DNA from: an uncultured Solibacteraceae bacterium
GTDB lineage: Bacteria; Acidobacteriota; Terriglobia; Bryobacterales; Bryobacteraceae
Direction: 5' to 3'
Length of the DNA: 42,841 nt
NCBI GenBank assembly: GCA_964556085.1
Contig: CAZKVF010000035.1
Span: 1 to 42,841, forward strand
The notes under the pieces were generated by a model, which saw only the letters and a program-made list of their open reading frames with translations, ran no database searches and was not told the origin of the DNA. How positions within the stretch are numbered: position 1 is the stretch's first letter; every line of letters starts with the position of its first letter. Below, in pieces: positions 23,447 to 33,051 of this stretch. The position numbers and the translations under genes were made by a program.

Positions 23447-24301
23447 ATGACGACGACCGATTTTTCGGCACGGCGCGCGGCATTTCGCAAACTGCACGAA
23501 ACAGGCTGTTTCGTAATTCCCAATCCATGGGATGTGGGTACGGCGCGGTACCTTCGCCACCTGGGATTCCAGGCGCTGGCGACCACCAGTTCGGGGCTGG
23601 CATTTTCTCATGGCCTGCCAGACGCCGATTGGGCGGTGCCTCGCGACGTCGTGCTAGGGCACGTGCGCGAGATTGTGGAGTCAGTGGAGATACCCGTAAA
23701 CGCCGATTTCGAATCGGGCTACGCGCACGAGCCGGAGGGTGTAGCCGAAAGCGTGCGGCTGTGCGTTGCAACGGGCGTGGCGGGCCTCTCGATTGAGGAT
23801 ACGACGGGCGACCGCGCGCGGCCGCTGTATGAACTGCCGGCGGCGGTGGAGCGCATCCGCGCCGCACGGGCCGCCATCGACGCGGCTGGCTCCGAGGTGC
23901 TGTTGACTGGCCGCGCGGAATGTTTCCTGGTGGGACATCCCGACCCATTGCGGGAAGCGATCCGCAGGCTCCAGGCCTATGCCGAAGCCGGTGCGCATGT
24001 GCTCTATGCGCCGGGCATAAAAACCCGCGAGGAGATTAGTGCGGTTGTCGGCGCGGTACGTCCGAAGCCGGTCAACGTGCTAATGAGCGCGCACACCGGC
24101 TTGCGCGTGGCGGACCTGGCCGAGATGGGAGTGCGGCGCATCAGCGTCGGATCTTCCCTGGCGCGCGCGGCCTGGACGGGGTTTATTCAAGCCGCGCGGG
24201 CGATCGCCGCCGAGGGCAGTTTTAAGGGGTTCGAGGGCATCACACCGTTCGCGGAAATGAACGGATTCTTCAGGGAAGATTGGAAAGAGCGGCGGAAGTA
24301 A
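23447..24301 (+). CDS. Isocitrate lyase / PEP mutase family protein (2-methylisocitrate-lyase-like)
   Basis: PNPWD.G.A, PVNADFESGY, GLSIEDT and LLTGRAE motifs. Confidence 0.85.
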   Translation: MTTTDFSARRAAFRKLHETGCFVIPNPWDVGTARYLRHLGFQALATTSSGLAFSHGLPDADWAVPRDVVLGHVREIVESVEIPVNADFESGYAHEPEGVAESVRLCVATGVAGLSIEDTTGDRARPLYELPAAVERIRAARAAIDAAGSEVLLTGRAECFLVGHPDPLREAIRRLQAYAEAGAHVLYAPGIKTREEISAVVGAVRPKPVNVLMSAHTGLRVADLAEMGVRRISVGSSLARAAWTGFIQAARAIAAEGSFKGFEGITPFAEMNGFFREDWKERRK

Positions 24302-24331
24302 AGCGGCGGAACCTGACATAATAGCCCAAGC

Positions 24332-25510
24332 ATGCCCGGTCCTTTATGTTCCATCCGCGTGCTCGATCTGACGAGGGTACGCGCCGGCCCGGCGGCCGTG
24401 AGGCAACTTGCGGACTGGGGCGCGAACGTGATCAAAGTCGAACCGCCTTCGGTGGATGGAGAGACCGATCCGGCCGCGGGCGAACGGGCCGGTCCCGATT
24501 TTCAGAATCTGCATCGCAACAAGCGCAGCCTCACCCTGAATCTGAAGGCCGCCGAAGGGATCGCGCTGCTGAAGCGGTTGGTTGAGACCGCGGACGTGAT
24601 CGTAGAGAATTACCGGCCGCAGGTCAAAGTGGCGATGGGCATCGATTATCCTGCCCTGCGCGCATTGAACCCGCGCCTGATCTACGCCAGCATCTCCGGC
24701 TTCGGCGAGGAGGGGCCGTATCGCGACCGCCCCGGCTTTGACCAGATCGCGCAGGGAATGGGCGGGCTGATGTCGATTACCGGACTTCCGGGGCAAGGGC
24801 CGGTGCGCGCGGGAATTCCGGTGGCCGACCTCGCCGCGGGGATCCTGTGCGCGCAGGGCATTCTGCTGGCATTGATCGAACGGGAGCGGTCCGGCGAAGG
24901 GCAATGGGTGACGACCTCTCTACTCGAAGCACAGATTTTCATGCTCGATTTTCAAGCGTCTCGCTGGCTCAACAAGGGTGAAGTGCCCGGGCAGGCCGGC
25001 AACAATCACCCGACGCACATACCGACGGGAGTGTTCAGGACCGCTGACGGGTTCATCAATATCGGAGCCAGCGGCCAGAAGATGTGGGAACGGCTGTGCG
25101 CGGTCATCGGTGCCGGCGAGCTCGTCGAGGATGCGCGGTTTGCTACCGGCGCTGCGCGGTCGGACAACCGCGATGCGCTGACGGTTGAGATCGAGCGGCG
25201 CCTCGCGTGCGCCGCGAGCGCCGTCTGGATTGATCGGCTGAATGATGCCGGGGTGCCGTGCGGACGCATTTACTCGATAAATGAAGTTTTCACCGATCCC
25301 CAGGTACAGTCGCTCGGCATGGTGAAGAGCGTGGCTTCGCCGCATTACCAACCACTACGGCTTGTAGGGCAAGCCATAAGGCTCTCGCGTACACCCAGCG
25401 AAATCACGATGCGGCCGCCCGAGTCCGGCGAACACACGGCAGAAATTCTGGCCTCGCTTGGCTACACGCCGGAGGAGATCGCGGAACTGCGGCGGCGCGA
25501 AATCATTTAG
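24332..25510 (+). CDS. Family III CoA-transferase (CaiB/BaiF)
   Basis: IRVLDLTRV.AGPAA...LADWGA.VIKVE, ENYRP and GFDQIAQGMGGLMS motifs. Confidence 0.9.
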   Translation: MPGPLCSIRVLDLTRVRAGPAAVRQLADWGANVIKVEPPSVDGETDPAAGERAGPDFQNLHRNKRSLTLNLKAAEGIALLKRLVETADVIVENYRPQVKVAMGIDYPALRALNPRLIYASISGFGEEGPYRDRPGFDQIAQGMGGLMSITGLPGQGPVRAGIPVADLAAGILCAQGILLALIERERSGEGQWVTTSLLEAQIFMLDFQASRWLNKGEVPGQAGNNHPTHIPTGVFRTADGFINIGASGQKMWERLCAVIGAGELVEDARFATGAARSDNRDALTVEIERRLACAASAVWIDRLNDAGVPCGRIYSINEVFTDPQVQSLGMVKSVASPHYQPLRLVGQAIRLSRTPSEITMRPPESGEHTAEILASLGYTPEEIAELRRREII

Positions 25511-25525
25511 CGGACGGCCAGACTG

Positions 25526-26311
25526 ATGCAATCGAAAATCCTTTCCCACAGGATTGGAGCGGTGGGCACACTTACCTTCAACAACCCCGAGCGGCACAAC
25601 GCCATGTCGCTGGAAATGTGGCGCCAGGCGGCGGACGTTCTGGAAGAACTCACTCGCGATCCCGCGGTGCGCGTGGTCGTGCTGACGGGGGCCGGCGGCA
25701 AGGCGTTCGTTTCGGGCGCGGACATCAGCAAATTTGAAAGCGAGCGGGATAGCGCAGCGAGCGTCGGCGTATACAATGCGGCAGTCGAGCGCTTTTCGCA
25801 GGCGCTCGTCGATTGCCCGAAAGCCACCATCGCCATGATCCGGGGCTACTGCATTGGCGGCGGCGTCGGCATCGCTATTTCGTGCGACTTGCGGGTAGCG
25901 ACCGAAGATTCGCGCTTCGGAATACCAGCGGCAAAGCTGGGGCTCGGCTATGGCCTCGAAAGCCTGCGCCGTCTCATGCATCTCGTCGGACCGCAATTCA
26001 CAGCGGAAATCCTGTTTACGGCGCGACAGTTCGAGGCCCGCGAGGCCGCCGGGATGGGACTGGTAAACCGGGTGGTTCCGGATGGCGAGATCGATGGCTA
26101 TGTGAGGAGCATGGCCGAAACGATTGCCGGCAATGCGCCGCTTTCGATCCGTGCGGCGAAGACGATCATTCGCGAGCTGCTACGGGACAGCGGTACACCC
26201 GACTCGGCTGCATGCGATGCGCTCGTCAAGGCGTGCTTCGAAAGCGAGGATTATCGCGAAGGCCGGCGGGCGTTCCTGGAGAAAAGGAAGCCGGAGTTTC
26301 AGGGAAGGTGA
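25526..26311 (+). CDS. Enoyl-CoA hydratase/isomerase (crotonase) family
   Basis: VVLTGAGGKAFVSGADI, GYCIGGG, FGIPAAKLGL and DYREGRRAFLEKRKP. Confidence 0.9.
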   Translation: MQSKILSHRIGAVGTLTFNNPERHNAMSLEMWRQAADVLEELTRDPAVRVVVLTGAGGKAFVSGADISKFESERDSAASVGVYNAAVERFSQALVDCPKATIAMIRGYCIGGGVGIAISCDLRVATEDSRFGIPAAKLGLGYGLESLRRLMHLVGPQFTAEILFTARQFEAREAAGMGLVNRVVPDGEIDGYVRSMAETIAGNAPLSIRAAKTIIRELLRDSGTPDSAACDALVKACFESEDYREGRRAFLEKRKPEFQGR

Positions 26312-26403
26312 CAACAGGGGTCAGCACTCCGCTAACAGCTTTCAGCTCTTTGACTGACAGTTGAATGCCGATCGCTGACGGCTGAGAACTACGCTCCGCA
26401 GCG

Positions 26404-27048
26404 ATGCTTCATAATCTAGGGATGGACGTCGATTCGAGTCTTCTCATTACCACCGAGGCCGAGTTGTCGGAAATGTACGACTCGCCGCTGGAACGCTCTA
26501 TCCGCAAACAGATCGACCACCTGGACGATTACTGCCGTGCATTCATAGCGGCATCGCCGCTGGTGATTGTCGGAACGCAAAGCGCTACGGCCGCCGACAA
26601 CTCGCCACGAGGCGATTTTCCCGGCTTTGTCAAGGTGGCGGACGATTACACTCTACTGATACCCGACCGCCGCGGTAATAACCGGCTCGACACACTGCGC
26701 AATCTGGTACGGAACCCCTCGATCGGACTTCTGTTTTTGGTGCCGGGCGTGCATGAAACTTTCCGTGTGAATGGCGAGGCTGTGATCAGCCGCGACCCCA
26801 CGCTGACCGGGCTGTTCTCCGTGCAGGGCAAGACGCCCCGGACTATCATCGTGGTGAACGTGAAAGAGGCTTACGTGCAATGCAGTCGCGCTCTGGTGCG
26901 CGCGGATATTTGGAATCCCGCAAAGCGTGCTCTGCCCGGAAGTGTGCCCAGCATGGGGACGATGCTTGCCGCGCATACCCGTGGTTTCGTGAAGGCGGAG
27001 GCGTTTGACGAAGAGGCCAAGACGCGGGTCCCGGTAACGTTGTATTAA
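26404..27048 (+). CDS. PPOX-class FMN-dependent flavoprotein (MSMEG_1061-like family)
   Basis: SPRGDFPGFVKV.DD.TLLIPDRRGNNRLDTLRN...NP.IGLLFLVPG..ETFRVNG. The start could instead be ATG 26422. Confidence 0.8.
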   Translation: MLHNLGMDVDSSLLITTEAELSEMYDSPLERSIRKQIDHLDDYCRAFIAASPLVIVGTQSATAADNSPRGDFPGFVKVADDYTLLIPDRRGNNRLDTLRNLVRNPSIGLLFLVPGVHETFRVNGEAVISRDPTLTGLFSVQGKTPRTIIVVNVKEAYVQCSRALVRADIWNPAKRALPGSVPSMGTMLAAHTRGFVKAEAFDEEAKTRVPVTLY

Positions 27049-27061
27049 GTTGAGCCGAACC

Positions 27062-27088
27062 AAAATCGTAGGACAACGCGACGATTTT
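27062..27088 (+). terminator. AU-rich hairpin after the PPOX gene
   Basis: 8-bp stem aaaatcgt/acgatttt with an 11-nt loop, 14 nt after the TAA. The stem is weak and AT-rich. Confidence 0.25.
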
Positions 27089-27236
27089 CGAGTACCCAGA
27101 ACCGTAACAGTACCTGATTGACTGGCTGTAGCCCTGCAAAGCCTTGAACAAATCTCCCAATTGAGGCACGTTCATACGTGTTAACCGCAAACTGCGGGGC
27201 GCGGATTCGCCTTAGTATTGCGGCCTGGAGATTCTG

Positions 27237-28559
27237 ATGCGTTCGATGTCTATTGCTCGGAGTGTGCGCTTCTTGGGGGCCAGTGCCCTTCTCGCTGCAG
27301 CTTGTTTTGGCCAGACGGATCCCGGGCCGCGTGGTGGCACACCGGCGGCGGGCGGACCTGTCGCGGGGTTGTCTGCGGCCTTAATGGCGGTATTTCAGAC
27401 GGGATCGGACCAGTTCCAAGAAGTAGAGACGGTTGCCGACGGGTTGGGGCCGCGGTTCAACTCTAACCAGTGCTCCAGCTGTCACGCACAACCGGCCATC
27501 GGAGGCACCAGTCCGCAGACGAATCCCCAGGTTCAGTTCGCGAACTCGAAGAATCCGTTGCCGCCGTTCATCACCGCTAACGGTCCGGTTCGGGAAGCCC
27601 GGTTCATCCGGAAACCGGATGGAACGCCGGACGGGGGAGTCCATAACCTGTTCACGATCATGGGCCGCTCCGATACACCGCCGGGCTGCGTGCTCGTTCC
27701 GGAGAATTTCTCCGACTCTTCCAACGTCATCACGCGGATTCCCACGCCCGTGTTTGGACTGGGCCTGATTGAAGCCATTCCCGACCGCGTGCTGGAGGAG
27801 AATGTGGCAAGTTCAGCCAGCAGAGCCTTGGGCATTCACGGCATCTTGAACCGCAGCGCCAACGACGGCACGGTGAGCCGCCTAGGCTGGAAAGCGCAGA
27901 ACAAATCGCTTCTGATATTCGCGGGAGAGGCGTACAGCGTAGAGATCGGCGTGACCAATTTTCTGTTCCCCACGGAGCGCGACGAGACGCCTAACTGCTC
28001 ACCGGACGCGGCGCCCAACGACATCTTCAACGTCGGTGGGTTCACCGATGCCGCCGTCTTTGATGACGCTACCGATTTCGCCAATTTCATGCGATTCCTG
28101 GCGCCACCGGCGCGCGGCCCCATCGACAGTACAGCGACGCGTGGGTCTCTCGAATTCGTCAGTATCGGCTGCGCGAACTGCCACACAGCAACCTTCACTA
28201 CAGGAGCGAGTACGTTTGCTCCACTGGCAAACCAGGAGATTCATCCGTTTTCCGATTTTGCGTTGCACCATATGGGGAACGGTCTTGCGGACCACATCAG
28301 CCAAGGATTGGCGAGCGGTGACCAGTTCCGCACTGCGCCGCTCTGGGGCCTGGGCCAGAGATTATTCTTCCTGCACGATGGGCGTACCAGCGATCTACTT
28401 CAAGCGATCAAGGCTCATCGGAGCGGCGAATCGGAGACACATCATGGAGCACGGGATGGAGACGCCGTGCCCTCGGAGGCGAACGCGGTTATCGACAGAT
28501 TCTTTGAACTCAGTGAGAGCGATCAGCAGGCGATTTTGAATTTCCTGCGATCGCTGTAG
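27237..28559 (+). CDS. Exported di-haem oxidoreductase (DUF1111, putative peroxidase / thiol oxidoreductase family)
   Basis: Signal peptide. Two CxxCH motifs (CSSCH, CANCH). FRTAPLWGLG block. GGAG lies 6 nt upstream of the ATG. Confidence 0.85.
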   Translation: MRSMSIARSVRFLGASALLAAACFGQTDPGPRGGTPAAGGPVAGLSAALMAVFQTGSDQFQEVETVADGLGPRFNSNQCSSCHAQPAIGGTSPQTNPQVQFANSKNPLPPFITANGPVREARFIRKPDGTPDGGVHNLFTIMGRSDTPPGCVLVPENFSDSSNVITRIPTPVFGLGLIEAIPDRVLEENVASSASRALGIHGILNRSANDGTVSRLGWKAQNKSLLIFAGEAYSVEIGVTNFLFPTERDETPNCSPDAAPNDIFNVGGFTDAAVFDDATDFANFMRFLAPPARGPIDSTATRGSLEFVSIGCANCHTATFTTGASTFAPLANQEIHPFSDFALHHMGNGLADHISQGLASGDQFRTAPLWGLGQRLFFLHDGRTSDLLQAIKAHRSGESETHHGARDGDAVPSEANAVIDRFFELSESDQQAILNFLRSL

Positions 28560-28586
28560 CCAAAAGACCGCGCCGCGGCAGAGCTT

Positions 28587-29426
28587 CTAGAGGCGGAGAT
28601 TGCTGAGCCGCGAGGTAATCTCGTCCTCCACGACATCGGCGCCCGCAGTCAGCCAGGAGGCAGCTTGACTCGGTATCAAGGCGACCAGCCCTTCGTAGCT
28701 CCAGGGTTTTTCCATGGGAAAAGCTCCGAAGCCAACGACACCTGCCAGACGCCAGCCGATCTGCACCAGGTGGAGCAGTTCCGCGGATTTCTCAGGCTCT
28801 TCGTGGTGCCGGGCGATCGCCGAGACGATGGGTTCCGGAAAGTTCCATTCCCCGGCAAGGAAAGCTCCGGCCGCGCAATGGTCGATCTCGAAGAGGTCGC
28901 GCTCCGTTTGCAGCAAGTCAAGCCCGTATTCCGTCGAGACATCGATCATTCCGGCGTATTCCTCCGGATAAGCCGACATCAATCCAAGCACGCCAAGGTG
29001 GTGCAACAGGCCGGCGGTATAGGCGCCGTCGGTGCAGCACTTCGAGACGCGCGCGCTTTCTTCTGTCAGGATAGCGGTAACCAGGCTGTGCACCCAGAAC
29101 TTGCGGAGTGCTTCGATGCGCATGGCGGGTTTTACCATGGCGTTCACGGCGATCAACACGGCCATGGCTTTCACCCGGTCCAGACCGAGCAGGCCGACAG
29201 CGTGCTTCACCGAATAGACCTCACGGACGGCGCCGAAGAGCGCCGAATTGGCGACGCGCAGGATTTCCGCTGTGAAGGTGGGGTCGAGCTTAATGCAGTC
29301 GCTGATCTGAGCCGCGGCCGCCGTGTCGTTATCGACCAGCGAAAGGAGCCGCTGGGCAACCGCGGGAAACGGCGGCAGGAGACGCAAAGCCCAGGGCCGC
29401 ACAGGCTTGGCCAGACGTTGGGGCAT
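28587..29426 (-). CDS. HDOD-domain protein
   Basis: LPPFPAVAQRLLSLV...D...I...I..DP..TAEILRVANSALFG block. Start set at ATG 29426, because the 61 upstream codons have low third-position GC and rare codons. Confidence 0.75.
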   Translation of the reverse strand: MPQRLAKPVRPWALRLLPPFPAVAQRLLSLVDNDTAAAAQISDCIKLDPTFTAEILRVANSALFGAVREVYSVKHAVGLLGLDRVKAMAVLIAVNAMVKPAMRIEALRKFWVHSLVTAILTEESARVSKCCTDGAYTAGLLHHLGVLGLMSAYPEEYAGMIDVSTEYGLDLLQTERDLFEIDHCAAGAFLAGEWNFPEPIVSAIARHHEEPEKSAELLHLVQIGWRLAGVVGFGAFPMEKPWSYEGLVALIPSQAASWLTAGADVVEDEITSRLSNLRL

Positions 29427-29643
29427 AGTTGGTTTCTGTAGTCCAAAGGAGGAGTGTCCGGCGGGGACCGATTTTCTCAGAGATGAAAGCCTTTGGCGAG
29501 TGCCGGAATTTCGACGGCGTCCGAGCCTATTTAAAATTGCCAGGCGAAAGCGCGTGGCCCACCGTGCTGAGTTCGCCCTGGAAGGCGTTGGGGTCACAGA
29601 CTGCGGCATGGGTCACCGGCAGCGCGAAAATCGACGCTGGCTC

Positions 29644-30471
29644 TTACCGGGCAGCGGCTTTTTGCTTGTCCCACTCGGCCTGGAAGGCGTGCTGGCGTTC
29701 CACGAGGTAAGCGTGGTAACCATCGGGATCGATAAACGGATTCGACGCGCCCGGTTTCATGCGCGCGTACTTCGCCTCCATTCCGTAATAGTTACCGTGG
29801 GCTCCAAGAAAAACATCGACCGGCAAGGACTGCAGAACCTTGAACGTACGAACGTAGTCGTCGGCAATCTGCGGGTAGTCCTTATTGCCTACCAGGATGA
29901 AGCCCGGGTTCACGTTGACGCTGCCGACGATCACAACGTCGTAGGTCTTGCCGCCGTCCGGGACCTTCAAGGTCCAGGTAGTACAGCCCTTGGTATGGCC
30001 CGGTGTGAGATGAGCTACCAGCGTGGTGCCGCCGAGCGTGACCTGATCGCCGTCATGCAATACCCGGTCGATCGGGTGCGGCTTGTTCCCGGGTCGCATC
30101 TTCTCGAGTGCCGGAACGTCTTCGGCCATGGCCATGACGCGGGCCCCCGTCAGTTCCTTGACCATCGCGTCACCTTCCATGTGGTCGCCGTGGGCGTGGC
30201 TACCCAGGAGGATTTTGGTATCGCGAAAATGAAAACCCAGTTTCTCCACGGAAGCGCGTATGGTGGGCACGTTTCGTTCGAAATCGCTATTGATCAGGAT
30301 GTTTCCTTCGGGCGTGACGATCAGGAAATTCGCCAGTCCTTTCGTTCCGACGTAATATACGTTGCCGACGATCTTGTACGGCGGGAAGGGCTCGTCCCAA
30401 TCGCGATTGGCTTGCGCAAACGCGCAGGCGGCGCAGCAAAGCGTCGAGAATGTGAGAGAACGAAGCAGCAC
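29644..30471 (-). CDS. Subclass B3 metallo-beta-lactamase
   Basis: Signal peptide. HAHGDH, LTPGHTKG and GAHG motifs in B3 spacing. GTG start with AAGGAGGA 8 nt upstream. Confidence 0.85.
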   Translation of the reverse strand: MLLRSLTFSTLCCAACAFAQANRDWDEPFPPYKIVGNVYYVGTKGLANFLIVTPEGNILINSDFERNVPTIRASVEKLGFHFRDTKILLGSHAHGDHMEGDAMVKELTGARVMAMAEDVPALEKMRPGNKPHPIDRVLHDGDQVTLGGTTLVAHLTPGHTKGCTTWTLKVPDGGKTYDVVIVGSVNVNPGFILVGNKDYPQIADDYVRTFKVLQSLPVDVFLGAHGNYYGMEAKYARMKPGASNPFIDPDGYHAYLVERQHAFQAEWDKQKAAAR

Positions 30472-30624
30472 GGTTTTTGTCCTCCTTCTTGGCTACAACA
30501 GAAATCCGGGCGCGAGGCTTACGCCATGCGGCTAGGGGCCTTCACGCACTTGAAGATCCTTGTTTTCGGTGTTTCCAGGCCAGTATACTCTCGGAGTGAC
30601 GCGACTGGCATCCAGGAGGTGCTT

Positions 30625-31155
30625 ATGATGATATCCAAGCCGGCTTTTGCGCGGCGGGCGGCTCTGCTATTGGGAATTACCGCCGTGGCGGTGCTTTCCG
30701 ACCCCTCGGTGACCGCCAACAGGCGAACCGGCCGGGGGCCTGCGGACGCCCGGAGCTTGATGGCCGTTTACGGCGCCGATCTTGCCGGCATCGACCGCAA
30801 CGCGAGAGACTTCAAATTCCCCGATCAGTTTGAATGGAAGCCGCGAGCGGGAAACAACGGGCAAACGGCGGCTCTATTTGGCGATCCCTCCAAACCCGGG
30901 CTGTATGCCCAACTCCTCAAACGGCCCGCCGACGATTGGAGCCAGCCGCACTCCCATCCCAACGAGCGCATCATCACGGTTCTGGCAGGCACTTTCTTGA
31001 TTGGCACCGGCCCCAAGTTGGATAAGAACAACACCGTGGCGGTCGGACCTGGGGGCGTGGTCCACGATATCGCCAATCAGATGCACTACGACGGAACCGG
31101 ACCCGAAGGGGCCACGATCGAGATCATCGCCATGGGGCCAGGGACCAGAAACTAG
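30625..31155 (+). CDS. Exported cupin-domain protein
   Basis: AGGAGG precedes ATG 30625. Leader with ARRAALLLGITAVAVL. HSHPNERIITVLAGT cupin motif. The upstream 434 codons of the ORF are antisense to the B3 gene and are rejected. Confidence 0.75.
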   Translation: MMISKPAFARRAALLLGITAVAVLSDPSVTANRRTGRGPADARSLMAVYGADLAGIDRNARDFKFPDQFEWKPRAGNNGQTAALFGDPSKPGLYAQLLKRPADDWSQPHSHPNERIITVLAGTFLIGTGPKLDKNNTVAVGPGGVVHDIANQMHYDGTGPEGATIEIIAMGPGTRN

Positions 31156-31352
31156 GTTAGCCTCGGCGGATTGGCAGGCGACAAGAGTGCTTGGACCACA
31201 ACGGTTGCGCATCAAGGTGGGACAGACGCTTCCGTCTGTCAAGAGCTGGCGAAAGCGCCTGCCCCACCTCAACACGTGCCTCACCAAAATCCTGCAGATG
31301 GATACAATATTCTGGAATTCCGTTACACCGACAGTTCTTCATAGGAGAAGCT

Positions 31353-32822
31353 GTGTCTAACAAGCTTGCTGTAACCACGATCGGTATCGCGATGTGCCAT
31401 ATCGCCATGGCTCAGGATGCGTCCGCGGTGATCGCCAAAGCGCAAAAGGCATTGGGCGATCCGAAATCGATCACGTATTCGGGATCGGCAAAGGATGTGG
31501 CATTCCAGCAGTGTGGAGCCAACGCCGCGGATATGACGTGCCGGAGCACGCACGATCCCATGCGGCCGATCAACAACTACGTCCGTGTGATTGACCTTAG
31601 CGCCCCCGCATCACGAGCGGCGGGTAGCACCAATAACATCGGGCCGGGCGGCTCCACGACCATAACGCCGGGAAGCTTTTTCCAGCAGGTGACAACGCAG
31701 CAGGCGGACGTCTCACAACCCTGGGCCAACTCCCTGGAGTTTTACATCACGCCCTGGGGTTTCCTGAAAGGCGCAGCTGAGAATCACGCCACCGTGAGCC
31801 GCCGCAAGGCGGAAGGCAAAAGCTACACCGTTTTGACCTGGAGCCCGACGGTTAAGGCGGCCTCCGGAAAGAGCTATGTGGTCAATGGCTATGTGAATGA
31901 CCAGAACATCGTCGAGCGGGTCGAGACGTGGCTGGGTGAAAACGTCATGGGCGACATGCATATCGTCGCTACGTACACTGGGTGGAAAGATTTCGGCGGC
32001 GTCATGGCTCCTGCGAAGATCGTGCAGACGCGCGGCGGCTGGCCTTTCTTTGAAGTGACGGTGACCGACGCAAAGGCGAATCCTCCGGATGTGGCGGCGC
32101 TGGTTCCTCCACCGGCGGCCAGCGGACGTGGGGGCGCGGGCGGAGGAGCACCGCCGGCCGCGGCAGCCATGACGGTCACTTCAGAGAAACTCGGCGATGG
32201 TGTGTACAGGCTCACGACCGGCGCGGGCAGTTACGACTCGTTGATTGTGGAGTTCAAGAACTACACCATGATGCTCGAGGCCGGGCAACCGCAAGCACGA
32301 GCTGTGGCGTATGTTGCCGAAACAAAGAAACTGATTCCGAACAAGCCGATCCGGTACGTCATGAACACGCACCCCCACTCGGACCACACCGGAGGCCTGC
32401 CGGTGCTCGTGGAGGAAGGCGCAACGATCATCACGCAGAAGAATAACGTGGAGTTTTTGGAGAAATCGCTTAACACTCCCAGGACGTTGCTGGACGATAC
32501 GCTGGCCAAAACTCCCAAGAAGGCGAAGTTCGAAGCCGTCGAGGAGAAGAAAGTTTACTCCGATGGCACCCGGACGGTGGAGTTCTACCATGTGTATCCG
32601 GCTCCGCACTCCAACGGCTTGCTGATTGCGTACATTCCGAAAGAGAAGGTTCTGTTCCAGGGCGATTTCACAGTGACACCCGGGCAACCGGCCAACGATC
32701 ACGTCAAAGCTCTGGTGCCTGTTCTGGAAAAGCTCAACCTGGATTTCGATCGCTATATCAACGTGCATGCCTCCGCCGCTCCACAGTCCAAGGCGGACGT
32801 GTGGAAAGCGATGGGGAAGTAG
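31353..32822 (+). CDS. Exported two-domain protein: unknown N-terminal domain, P/A/G linker, C-terminal MBL-fold hydrolase
   Basis: GTG 31353 with AGGAG 5 nt upstream. Signal-like VSNKLAVTTIGIAMCHIAMAQ. NTHPHSDHTGG (HxHxDH). Confidence 0.8.
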   Translation: MSNKLAVTTIGIAMCHIAMAQDASAVIAKAQKALGDPKSITYSGSAKDVAFQQCGANAADMTCRSTHDPMRPINNYVRVIDLSAPASRAAGSTNNIGPGGSTTITPGSFFQQVTTQQADVSQPWANSLEFYITPWGFLKGAAENHATVSRRKAEGKSYTVLTWSPTVKAASGKSYVVNGYVNDQNIVERVETWLGENVMGDMHIVATYTGWKDFGGVMAPAKIVQTRGGWPFFEVTVTDAKANPPDVAALVPPPAASGRGGAGGGAPPAAAAMTVTSEKLGDGVYRLTTGAGSYDSLIVEFKNYTMMLEAGQPQARAVAYVAETKKLIPNKPIRYVMNTHPHSDHTGGLPVLVEEGATIITQKNNVEFLEKSLNTPRTLLDDTLAKTPKKAKFEAVEEKKVYSDGTRTVEFYHVYPAPHSNGLLIAYIPKEKVLFQGDFTVTPGQPANDHVKALVPVLEKLNLDFDRYINVHASAAPQSKADVWKAMGK

Positions 32823-33051
32823 GCAGAGGCAACCAAAAAGAAGCAGCCGCCCTCCGGCGCAGGAACGGATGAATCCGGTCCGCGGCGAAAAGCCTGCTTC
32901 ACCAAATCGGCGCAGCACTCGGCCCTTGTCCTGAAGGACGGTTAGACGGCTGCTAGAATCCGTGGGCGGAAGGGCGGCGGTCCAGTCCGCAGTTGGCCCT
33001 CGCGCACAGTCGCTTGAGATATACTCTGAAACCTGAAAGGAGACGCACCCC

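Noticed and set aside
26312-26403. gctaacagctttcagctctttgactgacagttgaatgccgatcgctgacggctgaga as another repeat family
   Set aside because: Only short 4-5 bp self-complementary pieces are present, and I could find no second copy in the window. This is insufficient evidence.
29427-29609. 61-codon N-terminal extension of the HDOD ORF, and the strong AAAGGAGGAG on the + strand at 29446-29455
   Set aside because: The extension has low third-position GC and rare codons (AGG, AGA, TTA, CTA, CGA), unlike the downstream codons. The + strand SD-like sequence has no start codon at a usable spacing (GTG at 2 nt, ATG at ~29 nt).
29323-30624. First 434 codons of the 610-aa + strand ORF
   Set aside because: This part is antisense to the HDOD 5' region and the B3 lactamase. 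Only the last 176 codons (from ATG 30625, preceded by AGGAGG) look like a real cupin protein with a signal peptide.
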